Shown: piece after piece, positions 11,587 through 22,721 of the stretch
Numbering within the stretch: the first letter of the stretch is position 1
How the letters are laid out: every line of letters begins with the position of its first letter
NCBI GenBank assembly: GCA_050952645.1
Contig: JBMNLI010000007.1
Span: forward strand, 64,001-128,000
DNA: 64,000 bases
DNA from: Bdellovibrionota bacterium
GTDB lineage: Bacteria > Bdellovibrionota_C > UBA2361 > CAKMMH01
Direction: 5' to 3'
Notes under the pieces: model-generated
Seen by the model: the letters and a program-made list of their open reading frames with translations, nothing else
Database searches by the model: none
Told to the model about the DNA's origin: nothing
Position numbers and translations under genes: made by a program

Positions 11587-13764
11587 ATGAAGAGTGATTT
11601 TATAAAAACGCATAATGCAAAGTTTTCGGCTAAGCTATTAGCTATATTAGTCTGCTTTATCTCCCTATTTATAGCAAGAAATAGAGTTTTTTACGTTTTA
11701 GATACTAAAATTATAGGTGGTGTAGTCGGGGACAGTGGACTTTATTATTGGCTAGCAAAATCTTTTGTAAGAAATATTTTTGAAAATTCTTTTTTTCAAA
11801 CCTCCATGTATTATCCGTATGGATATACGCTTGCTTGGAGTGATAACTTTATATTGCCAAGTGCTTTTATAAATTTTTTAAATTTATTTTTTTCTTTCGA
11901 TGTTTCTTATAATCTATGTTTTATTTTTACTTGGCTACTTAATGGATTTTCCTGTTTTTTGCTTTTATATTTTTTAACTGGCTCTTTTATTTATTCAATT
12001 TTACCGAGTGTGCTTTTTTGTATAAACTCTTCGCTAGGTTTTTCTATGGGGCATCCGCAGCTTCAATTTATTTTTTTTATTCCACTTGGTATCTATTATT
12101 TTTTAAGATTTATTGCATACGAAAGAAAAAGAGATTCTTTTTATTTAGGTTTAACAATCCTTTTATCTTTTTTAACGACCGTTTATTATGCCTTGTTTTT
12201 ATGTTTAGTTATTTTCTTTTTGTATATAGCAATCTTTTTATTAAAGCCTAAGTACGTTTTAAAATATAAGCATATAACAAACTTGCTAAAAGGTTTTATT
12301 TTAGGGTTTCTCCCTATAACTATATTTTTAGTCCCTTATTTTAATGTTAAAAAAACTTTTTCTAAAAGGGCTCTATATGAGGCTTACGCATTTTCATCAA
12401 ATTTAAGTTCTTATTTTACGAGTTCTCCTCTAAGCGTATTTTATAAAAATTTTAATTTTTCACATAACGAAAGCGTTTCATTCGTAGGCTTTATTCCAAT
12501 TATTTCACTACTTTTATTAACTATCACGATTTTAAAAGGCGCTAAAGTTTTAAGTAAACATTTATTTAGTTTTTCCGTGCTATTTTTAATAGGCTTATAC
12601 TTAACTAGCTTTATAACCGAAGAAAATTATATTTCTTATTATGCTTCATTTTTTTTATGGAGTGGGTATCTAGTTTTAATTTTTATGCTTATTAAACTTA
12701 AGAATTTAGAGTATAACGACAACCTTTATATATTAAGCAATAGAGGGCTAATCTTAAGTTTTTTATTTTTGCTTGTATCTCTTGTTTTCTTGTCGCTAGG
12801 TCCTCTTGGGAGTGAAGTAGCGGTATCACGCCCGACTGGTTTATATAGTGTAATGTATCATATATTTCCTGGGGTTAATGCGATGCGTGCTACTGGGCGA
12901 ATTGGATTAGTCGTGATTTTAGTAATGTATATATTATTTTCGTTAAATTTTTATTTAATATCTAGGAAGAGTAAGTTTGTATCGCTTATTTTTGTGTTAT
13001 GTTTTTTATTAAATTTTGCAGAACAAAAAGTAGTAGCGTTTCAAATAGGAAATAAGCCTAAAGTAAAGTATGAAGCTATTATAGCTAAGCTAAACGCGTT
13101 GCCTAGTAAGTATGCTATGATATATTTGCCAATGGTAAATGATAAAAATAAAAACTCAGAAGTTAATTATGCAAATATGAGTGTATCTTATATGATAGAT
13201 GCGCTGTCTCATAGGCACCCTATAATAAATGGCTATTCTGGGCAGAGAGGACGCTCTGGCAAGGAGTATCGAGATATAATGAGAGATTTTCCAGACAAAC
13301 TTTCCGTAGCCACACTAACTAATAATTACAATTTAAAATACGTATTTTATGATGGGGATAAAGTTGATGGTTTCGATGCTAAAGCCTTTGAAGAAAAGGT
13401 TAGCAATTTTAAAAATGATTTAAAGATTATAGCCAAGCAGGGCAATGCTTATTTGATAGAGTATATAGGAAGTGTAGTTAATGAAAAAGGTTATTATTTA
13501 ATGGTTCCAAAGTATTATGATAAAATTGATATAAATATAAAAACCAAAGGTAGCCCTAAAGAGATGGCTAATAAAGCTATAATGATAAAAAACAATAATA
13601 ATGATGCGTATGTAGGAAGCATTACTTCTAAGGGAGATGGGAAGTGGATTAAGTATAAGGTAGATTTATCGAAAACGTTTTGCGACAATAAGGTTTCTCC
13701 ATATAGGCTTGTTTTTTCTAATATTTCAAATGGTCAAAAGGTGTATATAAAGCATTACGATTAA
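11587..13764 (+). CDS. Polytopic membrane protein, YfhO/GT-C-like glycosyltransferase
   Basis: GDSGLYYW, YYPYGYTLAWSD, HPQL, FPGVNAMRATGR, PIINGYSG; more than 10 TM helices. Confidence 0.6.
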   Translation: MKSDFIKTHNAKFSAKLLAILVCFISLFIARNRVFYVLDTKIIGGVVGDSGLYYWLAKSFVRNIFENSFFQTSMYYPYGYTLAWSDNFILPSAFINFLNLFFSFDVSYNLCFIFTWLLNGFSCFLLLYFLTGSFIYSILPSVLFCINSSLGFSMGHPQLQFIFFIPLGIYYFLRFIAYERKRDSFYLGLTILLSFLTTVYYALFLCLVIFFLYIAIFLLKPKYVLKYKHITNLLKGFILGFLPITIFLVPYFNVKKTFSKRALYEAYAFSSNLSSYFTSSPLSVFYKNFNFSHNESVSFVGFIPIISLLLLTITILKGAKVLSKHLFSFSVLFLIGLYLTSFITEENYISYYASFFLWSGYLVLIFMLIKLKNLEYNDNLYILSNRGLILSFLFLLVSLVFLSLGPLGSEVAVSRPTGLYSVMYHIFPGVNAMRATGRIGLVVILVMYILFSLNFYLISRKSKFVSLIFVLCFLLNFAEQKVVAFQIGNKPKVKYEAIIAKLNALPSKYAMIYLPMVNDKNKNSEVNYANMSVSYMIDALSHRHPIINGYSGQRGRSGKEYRDIMRDFPDKLSVATLTNNYNLKYVFYDGDKVDGFDAKAFEEKVSNFKNDLKIIAKQGNAYLIEYIGSVVNEKGYYLMVPKYYDKIDINIKTKGSPKEMANKAIMIKNNNNDAYVGSITSKGDGKWIKYKVDLSKTFCDNKVSPYRLVFSNISNGQKVYIKHYD

Positions 13765-13970
13765 GCCTTAATACGTTTTTTTTAAAGAAAGTGGCTAGGT
13801 TAATTTTACAATTTTAAGTTAGCTAAAAGCTAAAGAAAAGGCTACTTGTTTGATATATCCCCAAAAAATACCTCTAAGTTAAAATAAACCTGCATAGCAA
13901 AACAGCGTTTTGTATAATAAAAAGATTGTGAGTTGATTTTATATACTTATCTTATATAAAGGAGAAGATT

Positions 13971-14374
13971 ATGGAAGTAAATATGGGAGCTAGAAGGGGG
14001 GCTCGAGGACATAGAGGAATGGAGCTAGTCAAGATGATAGAGCTAGTCAAGAAGGACAAGTTGATAATGGAGGGTTGAGGGCAGCTAATATGCCAACAGT
14101 GAGTAATCCTAATGCTCAAGTCGGAGATAAAATATTGTACGAAAATGTTGAAAAAATCTTAACGACAATGGTTAAAGAAGGTAGGCTAAGAAAAGGAGAT
14201 TTAAATGAATTTTTCTTTAGTTTAATAAAAGGAAGTGAATTAGAAGAAATTGCAAATAAAGCATTAAAATCTCTAAGTTCCGCTTTTTCAGATAAACTAA
14301 AGTTTAAACGAGAAAGTGAAGACAGGGAGTGGAGAAGAAAGAGGAGGAGATGGATTTTTGCAGAAAACTCCTAA
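13971..14374 (+). pseudogene. Frameshifted hypothetical gene
   Basis: RBS and ATG at 13971 are in a different frame from the 14075-14374 ORF, whose frame is open back to about 14015. Confidence 0.35.
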
Positions 14375-14514
14375 CTTTATTACCCTTTAAAAGCGAAGAA
14401 AGATTTTTTGTAATTATTTGAAAATATTAAAAAAATAAAACTTTGAGAAGAAAAGTGGATGCCTCGCCAAGAATATCAAGCAACAAAGGGAACGATAACT
14501 CAGAAATTTAAATT

Positions 14515-14622
14515 AGCTCTCTCCCTCTTGCTTTTGCCTTTTAAGATGGTTAGAAAACCGATAATAAAAGAGTTTCTAAACACACACTTTTAAATACACG
14601 CAAAAGCGAGAGGGAAAGAACT
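14515..14622. repeat. Long hairpin between convergent genes, distantly related to the MITE family; possible terminator
   Basis: TCCCTCTTGCTTTTGC / GCAAAAGCGAGAGGGA arms; inner TTAAGATGGTTAGAAA. Confidence 0.55.
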
Positions 14623-14631
14623 ACTTAAATT

Positions 14632-14997
14632 TTATTCTTCTTCTCTTCGGTACTCGCTATGACCATTCGGTCTACCAGACCCATGATGCCCATCATGTTG
14701 TCTAAATCCGCCACCTCTATGTCCTCTTGGTCCTCTTTCTTGCCTTTCTTGTCTTTCCTCTTTTGGTCTAGCCTCATTTACTACCATTGTGCGACCTTGT
14801 AAATCTGAGCCATTTAAAGCCTCAATCGCAGTTTTAGCCTCATCATCATTAGGCATAGTTACGAACCCAAAGCCCTTAGATTTTCCAGAACGGAAAGTTA
14901 TAATGCTTGCAGATTCTACCTGCCCGTATTGACTAAAAAGTTCCTTAAGCTCATCGCCAGTTACGGCATAAACAAGATTGCCAACATAAATATTCAT
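14632..14997 (-). CDS. RRM-domain RNA-binding protein
   Basis: RNP2 IYVGNL, RNP1 KGFGFVTM, VNEARP, G/R-rich tail. Confidence 0.95.
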   Translation of the reverse strand: MNIYVGNLVYAVTGDELKELFSQYGQVESASIITFRSGKSKGFGFVTMPNDDEAKTAIEALNGSDLQGRTMVVNEARPKEERQERQERGPRGHRGGGFRQHDGHHGSGRPNGHSEYRREEE

Positions 14998-15615
14998 TTT
15001 CTAATCCTTCAATAAATTTACACTATTTTGCACATAAAATGGAGTTATTCGCTTTGCAAAAAAACTCCTAAACACAATTAAACAAACTCATGATACGTTC
15101 TTACAATTTACATACAAGCTTTTAAGACTAGAGGTATGCCAAATTTTGAATATAACATGGTGTTTACTGTTTAATAAAAAATATTAAAAAAATTTTTATC
15201 AACACTAAACGGAGTAGATGTTATCACTTATTTTCTTTTTAAGCTATAAATAAAATAAATTTACGTTATTAATTTTTGCTCTTTCTCTTTTTTTCTTACA
15301 ATATACAATTGTTGCAACTAGTTATTAAAAGTTGCTAAGCTATATTAATTTGGCAATTCGCTTTTCTTTACAAAATAAACAAAAAACAAAAAACAAAATG
15401 GATAAAAAAGTTAAAATAAAAATGTTAATTTGTGATTATATATATTATAATAGTAAGGTAAGCGATTTTTAGTATAATATTTAGATATTTAGCTGAAAAT
15501 AGAAAATTTTACGATAGATTTTCATAGTGTAAAAATTTTGTAAACTCACTAAAGAACGTGAAAACAAAATTTAATATTATTTTAAGTTTATTATTATGTT
15601 ATGGGAGGTATTTAA

Positions 15616-16026
15616 ATGATGAAAAAAGGGTTAATTTTATTATTAGCTTTGACGCTTATTTCTTGCTCAGAATCGAGACCAAGATTATATCCAAATGAAA
15701 GATATCAAAGAACCGACTCTTATTCGCAACAAAGAGCTATCGATGAGTGTATGTCTCTAGCAGATCAATACGTAGGAAAGAAAAATATGGCTCTAGAAGC
15801 TACGAAACAAGGTGCCGTAGGGGCTGGTTTAGGAGCAGCTACTGGTGCTGTCGGTGGAGCAGTATTTGGTAAAACTGGTCGTGGAACGGGAGCTGGAGCG
15901 GCAATTGGCGGCATGCTAGGCGTTGCTTCAGGACTAAACGATAGCTCAGGTCATAGCCAAGATTATAAGAATTTTGTTGAAAGGTGTTTAGCAAAAAAAG
16001 GCTACGAAACTGCTGGTTGGGATTAG
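15616..16026 (+). CDS. Glycine-zipper lipoprotein
   Basis: Lipobox LISC; GAVGAGLGAATGAVGGA zipper; CLAKKGY. Confidence 0.8.
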   Translation: MMKKGLILLLALTLISCSESRPRLYPNERYQRTDSYSQQRAIDECMSLADQYVGKKNMALEATKQGAVGAGLGAATGAVGGAVFGKTGRGTGAGAAIGGMLGVASGLNDSSGHSQDYKNFVERCLAKKGYETAGWD

Positions 16027-16207
16027 TTTTAAGTTGTATGTGTACTTAATTCTAAGCTAATTCTAAAGCTTAAAGAAAATAACGGTAAAAAACAAATTAA
16101 AAAAAAGTAAATTAAAAAAGTAAATTAAAAAGTAAATTAAAAAAAAAGATAAAAAGAAGTGCGACAAAAAATAAAAAACAAAAAAATAAAAAATAAGATG
16201 CACTAAT

Positions 16208-16259
16208 AGATAAGGGATTTAGATAAGGGATTTAGATAAGGGATTTAGATAAGGGATTT
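16208..16259. repeat. Perfect 13-bp tandem repeat (AGATAAGGGATTT) x4
   Basis: Read directly. Confidence 0.9.
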
Positions 16260-16317
16260 TTTTTTACCGTTTATTTTCTACTTTAAAATAAAAAATTTTT
16301 CTAAAAGGAATATATAT

Positions 16318-16875
16318 ATGAATATATTAGGAGTTTTTATAATAGTTTTAGTAATATTACTACTTTGGGCAATCGCTATATATAATAGATTTATAAAATT
16401 AAAAAATGGCACTAATGAATCTTATAGCGGAATAGACGTTCAGTTAAAAAGAAGATACGACCTAATTCCTAACTTAATCGAGGTTGTAAAAGGTTATGCT
16501 TCACATGAAGAAGGAACGCTACTAAAAGTTACGGAAGCTAGAAATATCGCAATGAGTGTAAATAAGGGAGATATAAAAGCTGCATCTGAAGCCGAAAACA
16601 CGCTAACAAGCACGCTTAAAACCTTATTTGCACTAGCTGAAAATTATCCAGAATTAAAAGCGAACCAAAACTTTTTAGAACTTCAAAACTCATTAAGCGA
16701 TATAGAAGACGCTATCCAAAATGCTAGAAGATATTACAACGCTATCGTTAAAGATTACAATATCCTATGCGAAAGCTTTCCATCTGTAATAATTGCAAGT
16801 ATATTTAACTTTCAAAAAAGAGACTTTTTCGATATCGCTGATAATGAAAGAGAAAATATAAAAGTTAAGTTTTAG
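16318..16875 (+). CDS. lemA: LemA family protein
   Basis: N-terminal TM, IDVQLKRRYDLIPNL, AENYPELKANQNF, RRYYN. Confidence 0.96.
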   Translation: MNILGVFIIVLVILLLWAIAIYNRFIKLKNGTNESYSGIDVQLKRRYDLIPNLIEVVKGYASHEEGTLLKVTEARNIAMSVNKGDIKAASEAENTLTSTLKTLFALAENYPELKANQNFLELQNSLSDIEDAIQNARRYYNAIVKDYNILCESFPSVIIASIFNFQKRDFFDIADNERENIKVKF

Positions 16876-16935
16876 TTAAATAAAAAAATAAAGTAAAAAA
16901 TAAAATAAAAAATTAAAGTTAAGATATTTTTTAAT

Positions 16936-18012
16936 ATGGCAAATATTTTAGTATTAGGCGTAAAAATACCGTTTGTAGGTGGTGGACAAGAGGCTCTAGT
17001 AAGAAGCTTAGTAGCGGAGCTTAAAAGAAGAGGACATAGAGTAGATGCGATAGATATGCCCTTTTCACCATTTAAAAAAGAAGAGTATTTTAAGTTCGCC
17101 TCGATGTGGAGAAGTTTAGACTTATCATCATTTTGCGTGTTCGATGTCGATTTAGTAATCGCTACTAAATTTCCAACTTATTTTGCAAAGCATGATAAAA
17201 AAAGCATATGGCTAGTGCATCAGCAACGTTCCTGCTATGACCTTTACAATACTAGATATTCAGATGTATCAGATGATATCGAAGATGAGGCTTATAGAAG
17301 GCTAGTTTATGAAACAGATATTAAAGCTATAAAAGAAGCATCTTACGTTTCTGCTATTTCAAAAAATGTTGCTAATCGCTTAGAAAAATTTAATGGAATA
17401 AAAGCACATGTGCTTTATCCACCTTTAACGCTAGGAAACAGATATTATACTAAAAATCAAGATAATTATATTTTATCCATAGGAAGAATTTGCTCTATAA
17501 AACGTGTAGATATGCTTATAGAGGCACTTCCCTTTATAAAATCTGATATTAAAATTAAAGTAGCAGGAAGCTTCGATGAGCAAGCAACGGAAAGTTATCT
17601 AAAAAATATTATAGAAAAACATAATTTAAGTTCTCGAGTTGAGTTCTTAGGACGAATTTCAGACGAAGCACTACTAGAAGAATTAGCAAATGCACTAGCC
17701 GTATACTATGCGCCACTAGATGAAGATTATGGATACGTAACGCTTGAAGCTTTCGCCTCTTCAAAACCAGTAATAACGGCGTCAGATAGTGGAGGGTCTT
17801 TAGAGTTTGTTAAAGATAAAGAAAACGGATTAATCGTAGACCCTACACCTAAGGGAGTAGCTGAAAGTATAGAATACCTTGTGGCAAATAAAAATGAAGC
17901 AAAAAGAATGGGAGAAAATGCAAATAGATTAGTAAAAGAGTTAGGGTTAACGAGTGAAAGCTGGGATAATGTTATAACATCTTTGTTAAGCCCGATTAAA
18001 GATAAAATTTAA
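16936..18012 (+). CDS. Glycosyltransferase family 4
   Basis: GGQE, IATKFP, WLVHQ, EDYGYVTLEA. Confidence 0.9.
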   Translation: MANILVLGVKIPFVGGGQEALVRSLVAELKRRGHRVDAIDMPFSPFKKEEYFKFASMWRSLDLSSFCVFDVDLVIATKFPTYFAKHDKKSIWLVHQQRSCYDLYNTRYSDVSDDIEDEAYRRLVYETDIKAIKEASYVSAISKNVANRLEKFNGIKAHVLYPPLTLGNRYYTKNQDNYILSIGRICSIKRVDMLIEALPFIKSDIKIKVAGSFDEQATESYLKNIIEKHNLSSRVEFLGRISDEALLEELANALAVYYAPLDEDYGYVTLEAFASSKPVITASDSGGSLEFVKDKENGLIVDPTPKGVAESIEYLVANKNEAKRMGENANRLVKELGLTSESWDNVITSLLSPIKDKI

Positions 18013-18044
18013 AAAGCCATAAAGAAAGCAATGAAAAGAAAGCA

Positions 18045-19313
18045 ATGAAAGAAAATAATAAACGTTTAAAGATAGCCTTTTTTACTCCTCTAAAAGAGGG
18101 AACGAAATCGTTCTATTTTTCTAAAAATATTTTACCTTTTTTAAAAGAATATTGTGATATAGATATTTTTTCAGATGAAACTATTGTTGAAACTTTTTGC
18201 TCTTTAAACGTGTACCACTATAAGGCATCGTTTTTACATAATAAAGAAAAAAAGTATGATATCTTTTTTTATCAAGTAGAAGATAGTATAGATACGAATT
18301 TTTGTAGGCTTCATTTATCATTAACCAAAGGGGTCGTTTTTTTTCACGATTATTACGTATTTACTTATCCACCTCAAGCTATCATTAGTAGCCTTGTAAA
18401 AGAGCAATGCGATAATATAAAAAGAGATTTAGGAAAAGCACTATTTTCATTAACGCCAAGCCCGTTTATTATTCATAAGGCGAAAGCCTACACGAGAAAT
18501 AATATCTCTTCGATATATAAAAATAATATAACTTATTTACCGTACCCATTAGAAGATTTTAATTTTAAAGATAATTTAAATGAGAAAATTATTGAGAAAA
18601 CTAATGAGAAAACTAATGAGAAAATTAAAGAACAAAATAAAACTATTAAAATTTTATTTGAGGGTAGCACTAGCAAAGATAGCAGATACTTTAAAATGCT
18701 TCGAGGCGTAAAAAATATAAAAGATAGCAAGCTTACTTGGCTTACTTCAAAAGAAGAAATAGAAGTAGCAAAAAAACTTTGTATCGATAATGGTATAAAA
18801 CAATTTGAGGTTTTAGAAAATAATTTTAAAAATATGAAAGAGGCGATTTTAAAAGTAGATGTTGCTATATGTTTAGTAAAGTTTTTAAATCACCATAATA
18901 TATTTTTAATCCTTAACGCTCTTAAAAATGGCGTCTTTGTGATAGCAAATAAGCTACAAAATTCATATACTTTTATCGATGATTTAGAGATTTTTCCTAA
19001 AAATTATATCGCTAAAGTTAGTATAGGCAAAACGGAAGAAAAAGAGATAGAGTTTTTTATAAATGCTTACAAAGATGGTAAAGTAATGCTAGATTATAAA
19101 AAACTATATGAAGAATATTTAATAAATTTTTCTTCAAAGTATGTAGCTAAAGATTTATATAATTTGCTACTTTCAATTTCAGATGATATAAAAGAATTTT
19201 ATAAAGCATTTGAAAAGCTTGAACTTGAGGCTAGAAATAAAGTCCTTAAAAAAGCTTTCTTAAAAGATGATGAATATCTAAAAGATGCACGAGAAGAACT
19301 CGGGCTAGTGTGA
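18045..19313 (+). CDS. Diverged GT-B/GT4-like protein
   Basis: KIAFFTPL start, VVFFHD; lies between two GT4 genes; EX7E motif not evident. Confidence 0.5.
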   Translation: MKENNKRLKIAFFTPLKEGTKSFYFSKNILPFLKEYCDIDIFSDETIVETFCSLNVYHYKASFLHNKEKKYDIFFYQVEDSIDTNFCRLHLSLTKGVVFFHDYYVFTYPPQAIISSLVKEQCDNIKRDLGKALFSLTPSPFIIHKAKAYTRNNISSIYKNNITYLPYPLEDFNFKDNLNEKIIEKTNEKTNEKIKEQNKTIKILFEGSTSKDSRYFKMLRGVKNIKDSKLTWLTSKEEIEVAKKLCIDNGIKQFEVLENNFKNMKEAILKVDVAICLVKFLNHHNIFLILNALKNGVFVIANKLQNSYTFIDDLEIFPKNYIAKVSIGKTEEKEIEFFINAYKDGKVMLDYKKLYEEYLINFSSKYVAKDLYNLLLSISDDIKEFYKAFEKLELEARNKVLKKAFLKDDEYLKDAREELGLV

Positions 19314-19347
19314 TTAAAACTAGTATGATTAAATAAGGTGTTAAAGT

Positions 19348-20550
19348 ATGAGTAATAATAGTTTTGCATTCGTAGTTCCAAGGTATGGTAAAAAAATTGC
19401 TGGTGGTTGTGAAACTTTAGTTAGAGAGTTTGCAGAAAGGCTCGCTAAAAACGGTGATAATGTAGACGTTCTTTCTACTTGTGCAATCGATAACAGAACT
19501 TGGGAAAATGCTTTAAAAGAAGAAGAAAAAGTTGAAGATGGTGTAAATGTAAAAAGATTTTTAGTAGATGATAGAGATCTAGAAAAATGGATTCCATACC
19601 AAATAGAGTTAAGTGCAAATAAAATGATCTCGGTCGATGAGCAACTTACATGGATGAAAAATGGAGTTAACTCTACAAGACTTTACGAATACATAAAAAA
19701 CAATGAGACAAAATATAGAGCAATATTTTTTGCACCATATCTTTTCGGGACTACATTTTGGGGAAGTTTAGTAGCCCCTAAAAAAAGTATTTTAATTCCA
19801 TGTCTTCACGATGAAATTTACGCTTACACAGATATAGTAGCTAGCATGTTTAGGCAAGTAAGAGGCTGCGTGTTCAATGCATTGCCAGAAAAAACGCTTG
19901 CACAATCCTTATATGGTGAAGATATAAAAGGGGATAGCGTTGGTATGGGATTTATTTTGCCGAAAAACGAAGAGCAAGAAGCATTAAAGCCTTATTTCGA
20001 TGATGAGTTTAATTATATTTTATACGTTGGAAGAAAAGAAACTGGTAAAAATGTTCATCTGCTAATAGATTATTTTACATCGTTAAAAGACGGTGCTAAG
20101 CTTCCGAAAGATTTAAAATTAGTTATAGCAGGTGGGGGGTCTTTTGAAGACCTTCAAAGAAAAGAGGCTAAAAATAGAGAAGATATAATAGATATCGGAT
20201 ACGTTAGCGAGGAAGATAAACAAAGGTTAATTAAACATTCGCTTCTACTTTGCCAGCCGTCCGTAAATGAATCTTTTTCAATCGTTATAATGGAAGCTTG
20301 GGGTTTAAGAGTGCCAGTTTTAGTAAATGGTTTTTGCCAAGTTACTGCATACCATGTTAAAAATTCCGAAGGAGGTTTTACTTTTTCAAATAAAAGAGAG
20401 TTCGCATCATCTGTAAACAATATTTTACAAGAAAAGTTAGATAATAATAGCATACGTGCTAATAAAGGTTATGAATACGTAAAAGAAAAATATAATTGGG
20501 ATGCGATTATAAAGAAATTTTATAAAACTGTAGATGGAATTTTAAGTTAA
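19348..20550 (+). CDS. Glycosyltransferase family 4
   Basis: VVPRYG..GGCE, PCLHDE, YVGRK, ESFSIVIMEAW. Confidence 0.9.
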   Translation: MSNNSFAFVVPRYGKKIAGGCETLVREFAERLAKNGDNVDVLSTCAIDNRTWENALKEEEKVEDGVNVKRFLVDDRDLEKWIPYQIELSANKMISVDEQLTWMKNGVNSTRLYEYIKNNETKYRAIFFAPYLFGTTFWGSLVAPKKSILIPCLHDEIYAYTDIVASMFRQVRGCVFNALPEKTLAQSLYGEDIKGDSVGMGFILPKNEEQEALKPYFDDEFNYILYVGRKETGKNVHLLIDYFTSLKDGAKLPKDLKLVIAGGGSFEDLQRKEAKNREDIIDIGYVSEEDKQRLIKHSLLLCQPSVNESFSIVIMEAWGLRVPVLVNGFCQVTAYHVKNSEGGFTFSNKREFASSVNNILQEKLDNNSIRANKGYEYVKEKYNWDAIIKKFYKTVDGILS

Positions 20551-20560
20551 AATTTAAAAT

Positions 20561-22003
20561 TTATTTTTCTAAAATTCTTATAAGTGTAGTTCTATCGATT
20601 TTTAATTTCTTAGCAGTTAGTGTTTGATTGTTGTTGTTCTTTTTTAATTCATTACTAACTATAAGTTTTCTAAAACTATCGACTTTCTCTTTGAATGATA
20701 AAGAAGTATCAAGCATTAAATTATTTTCTATATAGCGCCTTGTCTCGTTATTTAAGCCATCTTTTTTATCTACGGCATTTTTATTTTCAATGTTTTTATT
20801 TGTGATATCTTTACCTACAAAAGAAATATCATCCTTTTCTATAAATTGTCTATTATGAAAATTAGCCTTATAAGCGCTTACTTTAATTATAGCTTCAAGT
20901 TCTCTAATGTTTCCTTGAAAGGGGTATGATTTTAATTTTTCTAAAGCTTTATCGTCGATATCTTTAATTATGATATCTTCTTTTTTTGAAAGTTCTTTTA
21001 GAAAAAATAAGCTTAAAGGTTTTATATCTTCTAGTCTTTCTCTTAGAGGAGGAAGCTCGATAATGGAGTGTGCAATTCTTTGGTAAAAGTCGAACCTTAA
21101 TTTTTTATTTTCTATCGCCTCTTCAATATTTTCATTAGTAGCGCAAATAAGCCTAAAGTTTACGTTTATCTCTTTAGTATATCCAATTTTGCGAATTTTT
21201 TGTTCTTGAAGCACCGTTAGAAGTGCTATTTGAATCTCTATCGGAAGCAGTGCCACTTCATCTAGGAAAAATGTCCCATTGTTAGAAAGTTCTAAAAGTC
21301 CTTTTTTATCTTCCGTAGCACCTGTAAAAGCACCTTTTTTATGCCCGAAAAGATCTGAGTTTGTAAGGTCGTTAGATAAATAATTTGGTTGGTATCTTAT
21401 AAATTGAGTGTCGCTATATTTTCCAAAAAGGTGAATAGCTTTTGCAACGAGTCCTTTTCCCGTGCCAGTTTCTCCCTTGATAAGAACTGATGAGTTGTTT
21501 TCACTCAAGAATAAAATTTCATCTCTAACTTTTTTTATAGCATCACTTTCCCCGATAATAAAATTTTCTAAATTATCTTGCGTAGTTTTATTTTTTAAAT
21601 TTTCATATTCCCTAAGTAGCAAAGCTTGGCTAGCAGCATCTTTTATAAGCACAGCAAGGTGCGTAGCATCGGCAGGCTTTTTTAAAAAGTTTGAAGCTCC
21701 TAATCTTATAGCTTTTATACCACACTCTGAAGAAGTGTGCCCAGTTAAGATTATAATTTTACAAGTTTTATCTTCTTTTAAAAATTTTTGAAGAAGCTCA
21801 TACCCACTTTCAACGCCTTTAGTCTCGTTTAGCTCTAAGTCTAATACTGCGACTAAGGGTTTTTTTAATTTTAAAATTTTAAAACTTTCTACCTCGGATG
21901 ATGATGTGTAGATATCTTTTTTTATCCCATTTGCGATTAAAGCTCTTTTTAAACTTATTAAGTAATCTTTATCATCATCGACTAGCAATATTGAGTTTGT
22001 CAT
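20561..22003 (-). CDS. Sigma54-dependent response regulator (NtrC family)
   Basis: Receiver LLVDDD..LD..K; GETGTGKG; GHKKGAFTGA; FLDEV; Fis-type HTH. Confidence 0.93.
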   Translation of the reverse strand: MTNSILLVDDDKDYLISLKRALIANGIKKDIYTSSSEVESFKILKLKKPLVAVLDLELNETKGVESGYELLQKFLKEDKTCKIIILTGHTSSECGIKAIRLGASNFLKKPADATHLAVLIKDAASQALLLREYENLKNKTTQDNLENFIIGESDAIKKVRDEILFLSENNSSVLIKGETGTGKGLVAKAIHLFGKYSDTQFIRYQPNYLSNDLTNSDLFGHKKGAFTGATEDKKGLLELSNNGTFFLDEVALLPIEIQIALLTVLQEQKIRKIGYTKEINVNFRLICATNENIEEAIENKKLRFDFYQRIAHSIIELPPLRERLEDIKPLSLFFLKELSKKEDIIIKDIDDKALEKLKSYPFQGNIRELEAIIKVSAYKANFHNRQFIEKDDISFVGKDITNKNIENKNAVDKKDGLNNETRRYIENNLMLDTSLSFKEKVDSFRKLIVSNELKKNNNNQTLTAKKLKIDRTTLIRILEK

Positions 22004-22006
22004 ATT

Positions 22007-22663
22007 TTAGAAGCCCTTAATAGTAAAATGTATTAAATTTTTTTTAGAAGTAAGTTTTATAGTTAATCCTAAATCATTAAGTAAGATATCTGATAATATA
22101 GCATCGATAGAGTCGATGTTATTTTTAACATTTATATATTCAAAAAGCGAGTTAAACTCTGCTTGGTCTTTAAGATTATTTTTTTCAGACACTCTTTCAA
22201 TCGCCTTAAAAGAGGAATTTAAAGTAAATTTATCTTCTTTTTTTTCTAGTCTTATTTTTAAATTACACTTTTCATCTAAAAAAAGATTTAAAGATTTAAA
22301 AACGCTATAAAGTAAAGTAAAATAATTAAAAAAATCGTTTTTGTTTAAAAAAACTAACTTATTAAATTCTTGTCCGTTTTCAAGCTCTATAAACGAGAGT
22401 GTTTTTAATTCAGATATTAGAAAGTTTTCTTTTTTGTTAATTTCTTTATTTTCTTGATTGTTTATCATAAAAATAGCATTATCTACAATTAAGTTTATTT
22501 TATTTATGGAATTTTTAACTGAGTTATTAATTTGCGTCAGCTCATCGTTTTTTATAATGTGTGAGCAGTATTCCACGTCATTTTGAATAGTAGCAAGTGG
22601 AGTTCTAATTTTATGAGTAATCGCTTGCAAAAGATATGATAGTAGTTTTCTAGAGTTTTCCAT
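22007..22663 (-). CDS. HisKA-like protein with degenerate or absent ATPase domain
   Basis: H-box ITHKIRTPL; no N/G1/G2 boxes visible; no sensor domain. Confidence 0.6.
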   Translation of the reverse strand: MENSRKLLSYLLQAITHKIRTPLATIQNDVEYCSHIIKNDELTQINNSVKNSINKINLIVDNAIFMINNQENKEINKKENFLISELKTLSFIELENGQEFNKLVFLNKNDFFNYFTLLYSVFKSLNLFLDEKCNLKIRLEKKEDKFTLNSSFKAIERVSEKNNLKDQAEFNSLFEYINVKNNIDSIDAILSDILLNDLGLTIKLTSKKNLIHFTIKGF

Positions 22664-22721
22664 AACTAAATTTAGTTTATTATATTTATAAGAAAAAATA
22701 AAAGATTTATAAAAAGATTAT

